Assembly: GCF_009914755.1 (NCBI RefSeq)
Contig: NC_060938.1
Length of the DNA: 64,000 nt
Strand: one strand, 5' to 3'
DNA from: the human T2T-CHM13v2.0 reference genome, Homo sapiens
A program made the position numbers and the translations under genes. Each line of letters starts with the position of its first letter. Position 1 is the stretch's first letter. The notes beneath the pieces are model-generated. The model was not told where the DNA came from. It was given only the letters and a program-made list of their open reading frames with translations, and searched no databases. Positions 19,521 through 37,830 of this stretch are shown here, one piece after another.

Positions 19521-20840
19521 TCAAGGAAGAACATGTCATGGGAAGATGGTAGGGAGAGGTGAGATAGGGATGAGCCCAAGGGAAGGCCTTGGATGCCAGA
19601 AGCAAGAGCCCAGACTTCACCAACATAGATTCTAAGAAAACTGCTAGCAGAGAAGGGAGCTGGTGGGCATGGAATGTTAAGAAGGCCAGGGGTCATAATC
19701 TCACCCAGCCACCGCAGCAGCTGTCACCAAGACACCCACCTCTCAGAGAGCCTTGCTTGCAGACCCCTTCATCTGATGGATTCTCCCGAGAGGTAGGAAC
19801 TGCTTCCTTCTCTATGGCACCAGGCACATTTAGATTCAGAGAGGGATGTGAATTCCATGTGGGCAGGCTCCAGTTGTGACCTTGCCAGCTGCTGCTTCCT
19901 GTTCTCTCCTGATACAGGATGGGGGACAGCCCCGCCTCCTCCTTGCAGACTGGATGATAATTGAGCACACACCAGCTGCTCAGTGAGCCCAGCCTCCCTC
20001 TGCTTGGTGACTTGGACTGCAGCCTTGCCCACCTGGCCAGCTCGGAGCCCAGACCAGACCCTGCCCAGTGGGCAGAGGGCTGAGCTTGTGACACAGGGGC
20101 CCAGAGAAGGCCGAGGTCTGGCAGGAGGAGGGGAGCAGTGAGATCCAGAAAAGAACCACTTGGGATTTCAGCAAAGTAGAAGGATGATTTTCCCAACTGG
20201 GCCAGGGCTCTGTCTTCTTCTGTCTGTTAGAGGCAGATCATGATGAGGCCCTACAGAATGGCTGAGCCACAGGAGGGAAGAAGCCTGGGTCTCCAAAGGA
20301 CCATGTAAAGGACAGCTGACCCCCACCCTCAATACCTACCCTGGGACTAGCGTGAGTGTGGGCAAGAAATGTGCTTCTGCTGCAGGGAGATGTTACCTGC
20401 GTGGGCCTGTTTGTTACAGCAGAATGCCTCCCCTAATACACAGTCTGTGTCATCATGGGGTCATGCAAATAGCACCCAGCTCCTGACTCAAAAAATAAGC
20501 CACCCGTTCGCTGTCATCTTGGACAGTTGCTTTGCTGAGACCCAATTTTCCCATCTGTGAGGAAAGAGGATCAGTTAGGTGATTTCCAAAAGTCCATTCT
20601 GTTCTGTGATTCTGTTTTCTAAGAGGTGGACAGCAGTCTTTGGGAATAAAAACCCAGCCAAATATTAGACAAAATGTCTGACAGCATCCTGACTGATAAG
20701 ATGGCCAAGTGGAAGCTTGCAGGCTGCAGGTGGAGATGGGTCACAGCAGGCTGAGTAATGACGCTTAAGGAGTATTGATTAGTATGGATCAATAACAGCC
20801 CAGCAAGGAAGTCTCTAGTGATGTGTCACAGGACTCTTTT

Positions 20841-21168
<328 letters not shown>

Positions 21169-21604
21169 TGAACGAACCTACAGAAAAGAAGTTGAAATGT
21201 ATACAAAACACAAAACAGAGAGGGCTAATGCACAAGTGGATGAGAGACCCATGATGAGAAGACCATGGTTCAAAATGGTCTTCATAAAGCAAGAGATTGG
21301 GACAAAGGTGACAAAGGCAAACAGAACCAAAGATGAATGCGAGTCCTGCAGAACTCAAGGGCTGGGAGAGCTTGTCTTGGCAACAGGCCTTAGCAGCAGG
21401 CTGTGCAAATGTGACCTGGGCATCTCTGCTGCCCACGTGGGTTCTTGGGAAGCCAGTACTGGGCCATGGCTACTGAAGCCCATGGCATTTGAAGCTGCAC
21501 TGAGCAGTCACACATGGGGTCCAAGGAGGGGAAAGAAGGTTTCCATCCTAAATGGTCATCCCTGAGGTCCCATGTGCCACGGAGGGGACCACTGATGCTT
21601 TAGA

Positions 21605-21820
21605 ACGAAAGTCAGAAATTTTCTGTAAAGGACCAAGTAGTAAACGTTTAAACTTTGGGCCATACAGGTTCTGTTTTAGCTGTTCCACTTGGCCTCTGTA
21701 GCTCAAAAGCAGCCACAGACAACAGTAAACAAATGCGTGTGGCTGTGCTCCAATAAAACTTTATTTACAAAAACAAGTGGTGGGCCAGATTTGGCCCTTG
21801 GGCTGTAGTTTGTTCTCCCA
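21605..21820 (+). mobile_element. MER58A (hAT-Charlie)
   Basis: ttttctgtaaagg...gtgtggctgtgctccaataaaactttatttacaaaaac...gggccagatttggccc. Confidence 0.85.
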
Positions 21821-24800
21821 ACTTTGGAAAAAAGGGCAGACATCAGGGTGGCGAGGGTTCTGGAGGTGGAGGCCAGTGTGGATGGGTAAAAGAACCAGGT
21901 GGGGCTCAGTGGGGAGAGGTAGGCATACCCCCTCAGTGGCCCCAGATGGAGAGCCATGTGGGGGAAAGTGAGAAGGGGGCTTATTTTCATCCATGCCAGG
22001 GAAGACCCCCATAAAACAACAAAGGAGTGATTCTGCATTATCCGAGGCTAGGGATGGGGGGACTGGGCCTGGTGATCTTCCACACCTTGGCCTCTGCCTC
22101 CTGGAATGGCCCTGTCTTCCCATCCTTCCCTGTCCCAGCACTGGGCTGGGACATTCTGCCTACATAGTGAGACATGAATAATACCCTGGAGGCACAGCCA
22201 CAATCCCTTCAATGATGAGGCTCGAGGAATCAAGGAGGCATTTGTAAGGCTGGCTTGATGAGAGACTTCAGCAAGCCCTGAGGGGCTGGGGAGGCCTCTG
22301 GCTGCCGATTACCCTCCCTACCATATAGGTGATGGAAAGCTGGCTCTTCGGGTGGGAGGCCTGGCCCAGAGCTGGGCTCTCAGAGCCTGGTTTGTGCCTT
22401 GGGGTTCCCCTCTGGTCCAAATGGTAGTAGGCAGTAGGATGAATTAATTCCTCTGGTCCTTTCCAGCATAGGCATCCTGGGACCACGGAGCAGCCACCAA
22501 CGACTACAGATGAAACACAAGCCTCTCCGGTCACTTTTTGCTGGCCGTTGGAAGGAGGCTGTTGAGTGGGAGTGGAACCTCCAGGTTTCCTGGGGCACTA
22601 TTCTGGATCCCCTCATCTCAGCTCTGTGAGGTCATGGCTAAGCCTGAAACAGGTCCCAACTCATTCAATCTTGCCATAAACCTATGAAATGGGTGTCAGC
22701 CATGAGGCTTTGGTTGCAAATAACAGAAACCCCAACTTAACTGTCATATGGAAGCAGAGAAGCAACTGACTCTTTGCCAGAGGCTTATGTCATGACTCCA
22801 AGTAGTGAGGGGGTGGCTGTTCAGGTCAAAGGATTAGCAACAATGACTGGCTTAAACAACGAAAAACTGCATCTATGATCTTAGCAACAACATTCAGTAA
22901 CATTAGGTATCACCAGGGAGGAGGACGCCACCTCCCTGGTGATAGCTGATTGGACCAGAGGGAAGCCCCAGTCCCAGGGCAGCCAATCAGCAGCCTGCAA
23001 GCAGCCAATGAGATGGCCTGGAGGGGGAGTTCTGCCCAATCACAATACCAATAAATAAGAGGTCCAGGCTGGATCTCTGTCTTGGAGATTTGAGCCGGAG
23101 ATTTGAGCGAGAGATTTGGAAGAAATGTGGGGCAATCTGTAGAAGGAGCAGAAGACAAAAATCACACTGAAGGCAGTGAGTGGAGGAGCTTGTGCTGCAG
23201 GATACAGAAGCCAGGAGAGAGTGAGGCGCAGGCAGAGCCAGCCTGGCGAGGACTAAGCCATGTTTAAAGCCATGAATGGAAGGTTCTCTGTCCCCAGAAG
23301 TGAAGCAGGACTTTCCCAGTCCCCAGTTTGTTCTGGTCTTTAGAAGCTGGCGAGTGGCCAGCCATGAAGGCCATGCCAAGTGACTGGCATGGCTGAGTTG
23401 CTATCCTTATATGTGGCCTCCCATCTGCCCCTCGCCTTCACTGGAGAGGCAGCAAGGAGGGCATTGAAGCCTGAAATTCTGAAGAATTTTCTTGCAGGAT
23501 TATGGTGTGGCGTAAGCCAGGCTTCTTGGGCCAGGTTCTCTCTCTACAGGGCATCTCTGGGGAATGTGTGAGTGCTGGGAGTGGTACCTAGGTCTCTAGG
23601 CCCCCTGGACTTTCCAGTGCCATCCCTAAACTGGGGAGTCTTTCCTGAGCCTGAATGAGAGTGCTTTGGTCGGCTAAGGCCAGGGAATCAGCCCCAAAGC
23701 AGTGTTTCGGGAGGAATGGGCTGCCAGCCTCATCCTCTGCCCTGGCCCAAACCAGGATTGTCAGTATGGGGTGTAGACAGAAGGAAGAGAGAGTGCGGAG
23801 GCCCAACGGGGTCTCCAGAGTATGGGCCACCTGTGCCTCTTTTCTGCCTCCCACCCTCACCTGCATTTCACTGGGGGCCCCTGAGTTTCTCAGACAACAG
23901 AGACCATCCAAATACCTTGTAACTGAGGGTGCAGTCATTGGAGTCCCATCAAACTCCCAAGTCCACCATCTACTGTGAGTCAGGCAAGTCACCTAACCTC
24001 CCTGAGCCTCCATTTTTTCATCAGTGAAATGGGAGTGATCATAGTGCCTCCTACACAGAGCAGGGGAATTCAATGAGTCCCCACTTGTGAAGCGCATGAA
24101 CCTGTGCCTGGCACACGGCACATGTGGATTAGACACCTCCTGTAAGCAGGGGCTCAGGGAAGGGAGCCAGGAAAGAGGGATGTAGAGAAGACAGGGGGCA
24201 GAGAGAAACGTTAAAAGAAGAAGAAGGAGGGGAGAAGGGTGTGAAGAGGCCAGAGAGGAAATGGGTCTCCCTGGGGTGTTGGCCTTGACCTCTCAGGCCT
24301 GGCTCAGGTCTGACTTTCTTGTTCTTTCTTCCCCCATATAATCTCTCTCTGGAATGCTGAGAAATTCTGCTTCCACCCCCCAGCAGTTGCCATGGTGATG
24401 AAAACCTGGACCCAGTGGAAAGTTCTCTGTGCTCTTGGCAACAAGGCTGCAGCACCCTGCCTCCCCCCGCCTGCCTGTGCGTGGGCGGCCAGCTCCGGAT
24501 GCTGCCAGGATTTGGGGCCAGCACGGCCTGTCTGCAAGACCCAGCCCTGCCCCCATAGAATCTAGGATGGGAGCTTCGGCATATCTGGTGCTGGGGGCTC
24601 CCAGAGAATATCTAGCCAGTCCCATTTTACGGATGGGGCACTGGGCCAGAGAGGATCGGTGGCTTGTCCAAAGCTGCACAGACCCCCTGGGGTCTCCCTC
24701 CTGGGCTCAGCTGTGATCAGGTGGGCACGGAGCACCCGGAAACATCGCAGACAGGGGACTAGCCACATGGCAGACCAGTCCCAGAAAGCAGGCCAGCTGC

Positions 24801-24887
24801 TGGAGCCAGGGAGATGCAGAAGACAAAGGGACTCCAGGAAGCTGGACACTGCCTTCCTCTTCTCTCCCAGACACAGTGGTGGGTGGG

Positions 24888-25217
24888 TGCGAAGGAGTGA
24901 ATGCTTGTGTCCCTCTACAATTCACATGCAGAAGCCCCAGGCACTAGTGTGATGGTATTTGGGGTGGGGCCTTTGGGGGTGATTAGGGCATGAGGGAGGA
25001 GCCCTCACAGTGGAATTAGTGCTGTTGTGAGAAGAGACAGGAGAGATGATCCCTCTACCACGCGAGGGTGCCTGCAACCAGGGAGAAGGCCCTCCGCAGC
25101 CCGACCATGCTGGTACTCTGATCTTGCAGACTTTAGAGCTGCAATAAATCCATACTTATTGTCGAAGCTGCCTTGTGCACAGTAATGAGTTACAGCGTCC
25201 TGAGCTGACTCAGACAG
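24888..25217. mobile_element. MLT1A-like MaLR LTR
   Basis: gtgtgatggtatttggggtggggcctttgggggtgattagg ... gagctgactcagaca. Confidence 0.7.
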
Positions 25218-25297
25218 TCAATTTGTGGGGGTGCTGAGTTTGCTCCACTCTCAGCAGCCCCAGCTCTCAGACTAAGTGGAAGGGCACAAGCCAGCCA

Positions 25298-25886
<589 letters not shown>

Positions 25887-26105
25887 AAGCCAGCCTTTAG
25901 CAACCTCCCTGCCAGGGTCCTGGGGGCCCCTATTTGTTTCCCCTCCTCTTTTTCCTCCTCCTCAGCAGGCTGAACGTTGGTCCTGAAGTTTGCTTCCAGC
26001 AGAGGCCAACGGCCTCCCTTTAAGGCTGGTAGGTCCTTAACCAGCTCTCTCCTGCCTTCTGCCCACCCAACTCCTTCTGTGTTATTTTTCTTTTATGTAT
26101 CCCAT

Positions 26106-26460
26106 GTGCTATGGTCTGAATGTTTCATGTTGCCCGGAAGTTTATATGTTGTCGTCTAATCCCCATTGTGATGGTATTAGGAGGTGGGAGCCTTGGGGAG
26201 GTGATTAGGTCATCAGGCCAGACCCTCATGAATGGGATCAGTACTCTTATAAAAGAGGCACTGAAGAGCTCCCTTACCTCTTCCACCATGTGAAGACACA
26301 GCAAGAAGACAGTTATCTGTGAGCCAGGAAACAGGCCCTCACCAGACACCAGAGCTGCCAGCACCTTGATTTTGGACTTTCCAGCCTCCAGAATTTCTGT
26401 TGTTTATAAACCACTTAGTTTATGATAGTTTACTATAGTAGTCTGAATGAACTAAGATAC
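26106..26460. mobile_element. MLT1A/MST-type MaLR LTR
   Basis: tgctatggtctgaatgtt ... gaactaagatac. Confidence 0.75.
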
Positions 26461-26494
26461 CATGTTTTCAAAACTTCTCTTTCTCTGTTTCTTC

Positions 26495-26776
26495 TTGAGT
26501 GAGGGACTCACTCTGTTGCCCAGGCTGGAGTGCAGTGGCACGATCATGGCTCACTATAGCCTCGACCTCCTGGACTCAGGGAATCTTCCAGTCTCAGCCT
26601 CCCGAGTAGCTGGGATCACAGGCGCACACCACCACAACTGGCTACTTTTTCATATTTTTGTAGAGATGGGGTTTTGCCATGTTGCTCAGGCTGGTCTTGA
26701 ACTCCTGGGTTCAAGTAATCCACCTGCCTCGGCCTCCCAAAGTGCTGGGATTCTAGGCATGAACCACCACCCTGGC
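26495..26776 (-). mobile_element. AluJ-like
   Basis: Diverged dimeric Alu. Confidence 0.88.
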
Positions 26777-28749
26777 TGTCTCTTAAGCAAACAGCTATAT
26801 TGAGTAACGACACACACAATAGCCCATTTTTGATCATCAAAGCCCCACAGAATCCAGGCTTTGCCTACCCCAGAGACACGGGACTCTTCAGGATCTTATA
26901 TGGTCATGTGATGGATATGTGGGACAGTTTCATAAGCTGAACACTGTCACTAGTGCAGGGCCTACTGTCTGCATCCCTCAGAACCCTGCAGGTGAAGGTT
27001 CCCAAGATGACATCAATGGAATTTCCTGCAGGACCCACAGGCCCATATTGGGATGGGATGTGGGTCGTCCCAGGAGCTCTGGCCATGGATCAGACTGAGG
27101 CCAGACTGGGCCATATCATGCCTACCACAAACTTCCCATGGGACTCAACTGCTCAGACATTTTGGGAGTGTGACATGTCCTTGTGGTTCTTGCCAAGAAT
27201 CCAGTTATTGGAAAGAAGGGGCCTCCCACCTTGTTTCTGATGATAAAACTTGGACAATGAAACTACTCACTGGGTGCCAAGGGCTTTCTCTTGTGCCATC
27301 TCAGTGGCCCCAGAAGCTGTGGCCCCCAAAATACAGACTAAACCCATGGGTTCTAATTTTTCATGGAAATTGGTGTTGGGACATTTCCCTAGAGATGTCT
27401 TCATTACACAGGAGCATCAGTTTGATCTAGAGATGGGAAGTGATGGCACAGGCAGGGGATGGCTACAGTGTCCAGAGCCCAGTTCCATCTCTGTCACTCC
27501 TGAACTATGTAATCATAGAAGAATCACATCACTCCCTCAGCCTCAGTCTCCAAATCTGTAAAATGGAGCTCAGATTATCAGCCACTATAATTCCTCCACC
27601 AGGTCATATACTCCTTTGGGCAAGGACTGTGCTCTTGTTCTCTTCTGTGTTTCCGACACAAAGGCTACCAGAATAGCCCTGGCTTAATCAAAGGGTAGGC
27701 ACAGATTGTGAGAGAATTCTTTCCCCTAGACCATCCACCACAGATTCATTTCATTCATGAATTCATTTTTCTGTTCAACCAAAATTTAATGTCATTATCT
27801 ATATGCTGGGGACACAAGAGTGAGGGAAACGAACTGAGAGCTTACAATTGACTGATAGGACCCAAAAGGTGGTCACTGCACACTGGAATGTGGGACATAT
27901 AGGATGCTGCCCGAACACGAAGGAGGACACCTACCTCAGTTCTGCAGAGTCCAAGAAGACTTTCCCGAGAAGCTGACAACTCAGCTATGACCTCAAAGAT
28001 AAGATGGCTTAATGTAAGCCAGAAAAGCAGGTTTAGAATTCCAGGAAGTGGAGAAGTAAAAGTATGACATGGAAAGGGACGGGGGAGGGAGAGGAGCCTC
28101 TGGGACCACACAATCCCCCCTTCCCCCGCCAACTGCTTTGCTAAGAAACCACCTCACTCACCCTGAGCAGGGACTAGTGAGGTTCAGGACCATGGAGAGC
28201 ACCACAGTGATCTTACAGGCACCATTTTGCTCTTGCTAATTACCTAAAGGGCCCCGCTCGGGTTAAAGCCTGAGGAGACGAAGGACAGGGTCTGGGGGTG
28301 CGGAAACCACCAGGCTGGGGGCCAAGGAGGGAGAGTCCGGGGGCCAGCTAAGTCTGGGGAATCAACTGTCAGCTCTCAAACTGCATGAAGGCTGTAGTCA
28401 CAGACCCAAGGGGAGCCTGGTGAGTCACACTTAGGCCTGGGAGCCCAGGAACCCTGCTGGGCACAAGGAAAACAGTGGGATGATGGAGACAAGTGGTTCT
28501 CTAAGGTCTTTGTTACCCAGACTGGAGTGCAGTGGTGTGAACATGGCTCACTGCAGCTTCGACCTCCCGGGCTGCAGTGATCCTCCTGCCTTAGCCTCCC
28601 AAGTATCTGGGACTACAGGCATGCACCACCATGCCTGGCTAGTTTTTGTATTTTTTGTAGAGTCGGGATTTTACCATGTTGGTCAGACTGGTCTGGAACT
28701 CCAGGACTCAAGCGATCCGCCCACCTCAGCCTCCCAAAGTGCTGGGATT

Positions 28750-30334
<1,585 letters not shown>

Positions 30335-30336
30335 AT

Positions 30337-30597
30337 CTTTTTTTCTTTTAGAGATGGGGTCTCACACTGTCACCCAGGCTGGAGTGCAGTGATGTCTTCA
30401 TAGATAACTGCAGCCTCCAGTTCCTAGGCTCAAGCAGTCCTTCTGCGTCAGCCTCCTGAGTAACTGGGACTACAGGCACACACCACCACACCCGGCTAAT
30501 TAAAACTTTTTTTATATAGAGACAGGATCTTGCTATGTTGCCCAGGCTGGCCTCAAACTCCTAGCCTCAAGCAATCCTCCTGCCTTGGCCTCCCAGC
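30337..30597 (-). mobile_element. AluJ-like (5'-truncated)
   Basis: Diverged Alu. Confidence 0.85.
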
Positions 30598-30676
30598 TAG
30601 TTCTCTACTTTTTAAAATCAGAAGCCCTTTGATAATCTGACGAATGGTAAATAATACATTTAGAAACTTATAATAA

Positions 30677-30951
30677 GGCCAGGCATGTTTTCTCATGCCT
30701 GTAATCCCAGCACATTGGGAGGTCTAGGCAGGTGGATCGCTTGAGCCCAGGAGTTTGAGACTAGCCTGGGCAATATGGCGAAACCCCATCTCTACTAAAA
30801 ATACAAAATTTAGCCAGGCAAGGTGGCACATGCCTGCTGTTTCAGCTACTTGGGAGGCTGAGACAGGAGGATCACCTGAGCCTTGGAAGGTCAAGGTTTC
30901 AGTGAGCTGTGGTTGCACCACTGCACTCCAGCCTGTGCAACAGAGTGAGAA
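30677..30951 (+). mobile_element. AluJ-like
   Basis: Full Alu; TSD ~agaaactta. Confidence 0.88.
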
Positions 30952-31335
30952 AGAAACTTAATAAGTAAGTAAATGTATGGTGTGGTATGTTAGAAATTGA
31001 TAAACGCTGTGGGAAAAAAGGAAAACATTCTCCCCCTGAAAAACAAGTGACCTCTGGAATTATATGAACAAAGTTGGTTTTTAGCCCTCCTGAGCCCTCC
31101 ATGGATACAGCTCAGAACCAGTGCCCCTCCAGGTTATGACCTTCTCTACATGGAGTGGGGAAGAGGGAAAGAGGGAATGGGCTGAGTCTGCCTGGACCCC
31201 CAAGCCAGGTGTGGGGGGACCTCTGCCCCGACCAGCTGCAAGGGGCATCCCCAGGCCCCTGGCTCCTGACTTGCAGCCCCTCCCTCACCACTGTATTTAC
31301 CAATTGAGCAACTATACTGTATCAGTCACAAGATG

Positions 31336-31725
31336 ATTAAGATGCTGAAGGTGATCAGGATGCTGGAGGTGATATTAGGATGCTGGAGGTGATATTAGGA
31401 TGCTGGAGCTGATATTAGGATGCTGGAGGTGGTTAGGATGCTGGAGGTGGTTAAGATGCTGGAGGTGATATTAGAATGCTAGAGGTGGTTAGGATGCTGG
31501 AGGTGATATTAGGGTGCTGGAGGTGATATTAGGATGCTGGAGCTGATATTAAGATGCTGGAGGTGGTTAGGATGCTGGAGGTGGTTAGGATGCTGGAGGT
31601 GATATTAGAATGCTGGAGGTGGTTAGGATGCTGGAGGTGATATTAGAATGCTGGAGGTGGTTAGGATGCTGGAGCTGACATTAGGAAGCTGGAGGTGATT
31701 AGGATACTGGAAGTGATTAGGATGC
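31336..31725. repeat. Minisatellite with alternating 18/20-bp units (aggatgctggaggtgatatt / aggatgctggaggtggtt)
   Basis: About 20 visible copies. Confidence 0.95.
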
Positions 31726-31749
31726 ATTGGTCAGCAGAAGTAAAGTTAA

Positions 31750-32625
31750 TGCCCCCAGACAGCTCATATCCTAGTGGGTGCAGACAGATAATAATGAACA
31801 CGGTAATTTAAATTATATAGCACATTCAAAGTGGTTAGTGCTCTGGGAAAAACAAAAAAAGCTTAGCAGGGTAAGGGGGTGGGGAGTGCGGGGATGGGCT
31901 TGGGTAATGTGTTTGGGGGTCAGGGGGCTGCAATTTTTTAAACAGAGGTCAGAGTGGGCCTCACTGAGAAAGCGACCCCTGAGCAAAGACTCAAAGGGGC
32001 TGAGGGGCTTGGTCATGCAGATGTGGGGGAACAGGGCTTCAGGCAGAGGGGACAGCCAGTGCAAAGGCCAGAGGAGGGGAATGTGGCTGGTGTGGAGGAG
32101 GACCCAGCACAGGAGGCGTGGTTGGAAGGAAGTGAGGGGGCAAGGGGACCAAGCCATGGGGAGCCCTCATACAGACTGGCTTCTGCTCAACGTCACAGCA
32201 GGGTTAGAGCAGAGGAAGAACATGATCTGACTTAGATTTAAAGGGCTCTTGTGGCGAGAATGGATTGTGGAGGAAAGGGGATTGGTTAGGAGGCTCTAGC
32301 AGTTACCCAGATGAGAGGTGACGGCTTGGACCAGGATGACGGCCAGGGCCGTGGAGAGACCAGTCAGACTTGGGATAGATTCCGAGGGTAGGGACAGCAG
32401 GATGTGTGGATGGATCAGAATGGAAGACAGAGGGGATTGAAGGATGACTTGGAAGTCTTGGCCTGAGCTACTGGAAGCATGGAGTTGCCATCCCCAGAGA
32501 TGGGGAGACTGCAGAAAGGGCAGCCTGCGGGACAGAATGGGAGTTGGATTTGGATGTGTTGTCTGAGGTGCCCACTGGACATCCCAGGGAGACACTGAGG
32601 AGGGATTTGGAAACAGGATTCTGGA
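31750..32625 (-). mobile_element. L2 fragment
   Basis: Antisense L2 hallmarks (ggcctcactgagaaagcgacccctgagcaaagac; gacagccagtgcaaaggcc; ggatgacttggaagtcttggcctgagc). Confidence 0.75.
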
Positions 32626-34601
32626 TTTCACAGCCCAGAGTGGCTCAAATGGGACCCGCCCTTAGAAGGCCACCTGAACCCAAGGCCCGTCAGAGCTGGG
32701 ACATTCTCCTCCACCACATTTGCATCACTGACTACGTGCATCCAGGGTGGGTCACCACTGTCTTCCCAGGCAGCTGAAAGAAGGATAGATACTGAGTGGA
32801 AGGATAGAAGGATAAAGAGTGGATGGATGGAGGGTTGGATGGATGGATGGATGGATAGAATGGGCATTAGACTGGAGGGAAGGAAGGATGGAAAAATGAA
32901 AGAAAGGAAGCAAGGAAAGGTGAATAAATAAAATAATAGTTGGAATCTATTAGTTTATTTGTGTGGCTGGACATCCCTGACTGAGGCGTTCTTCCTACAC
33001 CAAAGGGACTTCTGTCCCACAGGCCTCAGGGCCACAAGGAGAAACACACAAGGAGAAATGTTGCAGCCTCAGAGAATGAGAGGCAGAGAGGAGATAGGAA
33101 GTTCCCAGTGCCTGTCTGGAATACTTGGTGAGACCAGGGGTCCCCAACACATCCAGGGCTTCCCAACAAATGCCCCCTTTCTCTTAAGCTGGCCCCAGGG
33201 GCTTCTGCTACTGCTACCAGAGACCCCTGCCCGGCCAAGCCACGTACAGACAGAGAAGCCATGAGGATTCCAAGAGATAATGCATCAAATGCTTCGCCCA
33301 GTGCCTGGTGCAGAGAAAGTGCTAGATGCAACGAGATAATCACCTGGACCCTGCAAGCATCCAGGAGGGTGCTGGTGGGGAAGGAGACCCTTGAGTTAAG
33401 TGCTAAGAGATGGTCAAGAGTTAACCCAAGAGGAAGAGATGGGGAAAGGAATTCCAAGAATTCCCCTCCAGCCCCCAGGTCCGCAAGCCATCTCGTCTTC
33501 ATACTGAGCATGTCCAGCTCCTGCCAGCCCCTCTCCCATAGCCAGTGGTCCTGCCCTTCTTTAAAAGGTAGTGCCCGGGGCAGAATCTTGCGAGGGGACA
33601 TAGCCCAGTATTGATGCCGCAGAGACTGGAGCTGTGTGACATTGGGCAAGGTACTGAACTCCTCTGTGCTTCACTTTCCTAGTCTACAGACAAGGGGTTG
33701 GTAACAGGACCTGCTTTGTTGACTTGTTGAAGATTAAGTGGGCTCATGCCTGCCTGGATCACGCTTGGAAAGACTCCAGACATGGTGGGCTCAGGGAATG
33801 TGAGCACAGTGGGGGCCTGGTGCAGGACTGGCCTCAGCTCCTGCTCACCTGAGCAAACCCTGGCAGGTCCACCTCAGCTCAAAAGCCTGGTCCAGTCCGT
33901 AAGCCCAGGCGGCTCTGCTTTATGGAGAAGGACATGGAGGCAGCTCAGAGTGGCCAAATAACACATCTCAGACCCCACTGCCGGCCCAGGGCAAACTCAG
34001 CCAGAGACCCAGCTCTCACTCAGCAGACGACCAGTGGCCAAGGAATCGAGTGAGGGTGTGGTTGGAACCTAAGCTGCAGCCGGAAGCAGAGGAGACAGCA
34101 GGACTGGGGGACTGGGGAGGAGAGAGGAGGCAGGTTCCGGCCGGAAGAGGGAGAACAACCACGTCCGGAAGGGCAGTGGAAGCTTCGGCCACAGACACCT
34201 GGCTGTCCCTTTGGGTCCCTCACAGTCCCCTCTTGCTTCGGCATTCAGTCCGGGGCTGCAGCAGAAAAGCCATTTGCTGAGTCACCCAGCAGCATGCACA
34301 GCCCGGAGCTTCCTCTGGCTATCAAGAGTCCCCACTCAGTTCCACTTCCCGGCCCTGCAGCCCCAGGGGCCTTGGCGGCTGCTCCCGACTGTCCACCTGC
34401 TGACTGCGCATCCCTGTGTAGGCCACTGCACCTCTGTAAGTCTCAGGCTCCGGAACTGTCCAGCAGGACTTGCTGTCACCAGGATGCAGGTCCCAGGAAG
34501 ACAGGGATGCTGGTGACCTGTTTGCTGTGTATCCAGGGCCTACAGTGGAGTCAGGTACATGGTGTTCAGAAAGTGTTTGTCAAGTAAATGAAAGAATGAA
34601 T

Positions 34602-34974
<373 letters not shown>

Positions 34975-35879
34975 TCAGTACTGGAGACCAGGGGAGCTAA
35001 CAAGCAGCAAAAGCCAGTGCTACAGATCTGTGTGCCCACTCTTCCGGGGTGCCCCCAGGCCCCAGACTCTCCTTAGCTGAGCCTAGACTCACCCTGCCCT
35101 CTGACCCCTGCTTCTCTTTCATGTTCCCAGCTCCAGCATCATCACCCCTGGCCACCCGCAGGACCCCCCTCAGTACCACCGCCCTCTTCCTGCCCATCAC
35201 TTGCTCCTGCTGCCACCCACACCACTCTCCACTCTGCTCACTCTCCCTCTGAGCTCCAGCACCTTCACCAGTGCAAGTCATCTCCTCTCTTACCTCCCAG
35301 GGTGACCTTCCCCCTGCCTACAGTCACATTCCTCAGCCCTGAACATTCCTTCCTCCCCTCCCAGCCAGGGGGGCCTTTCTTCTAGGGCTCCCCTTGTCCT
35401 CAGGACAAAGTCCAAATTCTTCACGTGGCTCACAGAGACTGGGCTCTGGCTCTCCTCTCCAGCCCCCTCCTCTCCACCCTCTGTCCTGTTAGCACACAAC
35501 GTGCTCTTCATCACCTCCCTGCTCTCCCATGCCTCTGTGCCTTTGCCCATTCCCTTCCTTCAGCCTGGAATGCCTTCCTTATCTGCATGATAAACATTCA
35601 TTTCCCACCTCCCCCAAGAGCACCTCGGGAACCCATTATGACCACCTGAGGGCTGGCGACTCCACCCTAACTTGCATTACTTCTTGGAAACACATCTATT
35701 ATATTGCATTTCTCAAGTTGTACCTTAAGTATTTGAAGTCTTTCTTCCCTATGAGATGTTTCTAGAATAGGCTTATGGTTTATTCAGATTGAAAAATTTG
35801 GACATGCATAAAATGTAAATATTTAAATATAACTAGTATCCAGTTCAAGCAGGTACTCATAAATATGTAATCAATGAAT

Positions 35880-36400
35880 GTATGATGGGTAGAAAGGACG
35901 GGTGGACCAATGGAAGGAGGAAAGGAAGAATGATTGGCTAGATTGAATGATGGATGGATGGAAGTGAGGAAAAGGAAAGATGGATGGATGGTTGAATGGA
36001 TATATATGGAAAGAGTATGAAAGAAAGAAAGGATAGTTGAATGGGAGGAAAGGAGGATAGATATTGAGTGGAAGGATAGAAGGATAAAGGATGCAAGGAT
36101 GAATGGAGGGAAAGATTGACCATTAGAATGGAGGGAAGGAAGGATGGAAAAATGAAAGAAAGGAAGGAAGGGAAAAGGGTGAATAGATAAAAGAATAGCT
36201 GGATTCTATTAGTTGGATAGTTGGATTCTATTAATAGTGAGATAAATTAATGGAAGGATGAAAGGAAATAAAGGATGAAATGATGGATGGATGTTTGGAT
36301 GGACTGATGGAAGAATGAAAGGCTGAAAGGAACAATGTAAGAGGTTAGAGAAGGAAGAATGGAAGGATGGGTGAATTAATGGCTGGATGCCTGGATTCAT
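35880..36400. repeat. Purine-rich (GGAA/GGAT) low-complexity tract
   Basis: Directly visible. Confidence 0.85.
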
Positions 36401-36836
36401 GGCTAGACGTGAGAGTTCTTATGCCCCTTCAGCTGGTCAGCTCCCTCAGAAGGCAGTCTGGAACTCCCAGGTGGCCCCTGCAGCCGGCCTCCATTGCCAG
36501 ATCTGCTACATTTATCTTGTATATTTTGACTTTAGTCAATAAACAAGTAATCTATTTGTGGTTATTAAGGAAAACTAGAATGCTAGAGGCCAGTTAGCCT
36601 AATAGATTCAAGGTGGTTTCAGAGGACATGGGCTCAGCCTGTCGAGGTCATGTCCGGGTCCTGCGATACCTAACGAGCTCAGCTCAGCTAACTCCACCCA
36701 GAGCTCTGCATTCTGCTTTCCACTTCCCATCTCTCCCAGGAGGTTCGTTCAGAGCAAGGTCTGCCTGACCGCTAACCTAGGGAGAGATTTTTCATGGAAC
36801 GCATGAGAAAGGGAAATGACCTCAACCAAGGGTTGA

Positions 36837-37830
<994 letters not shown>

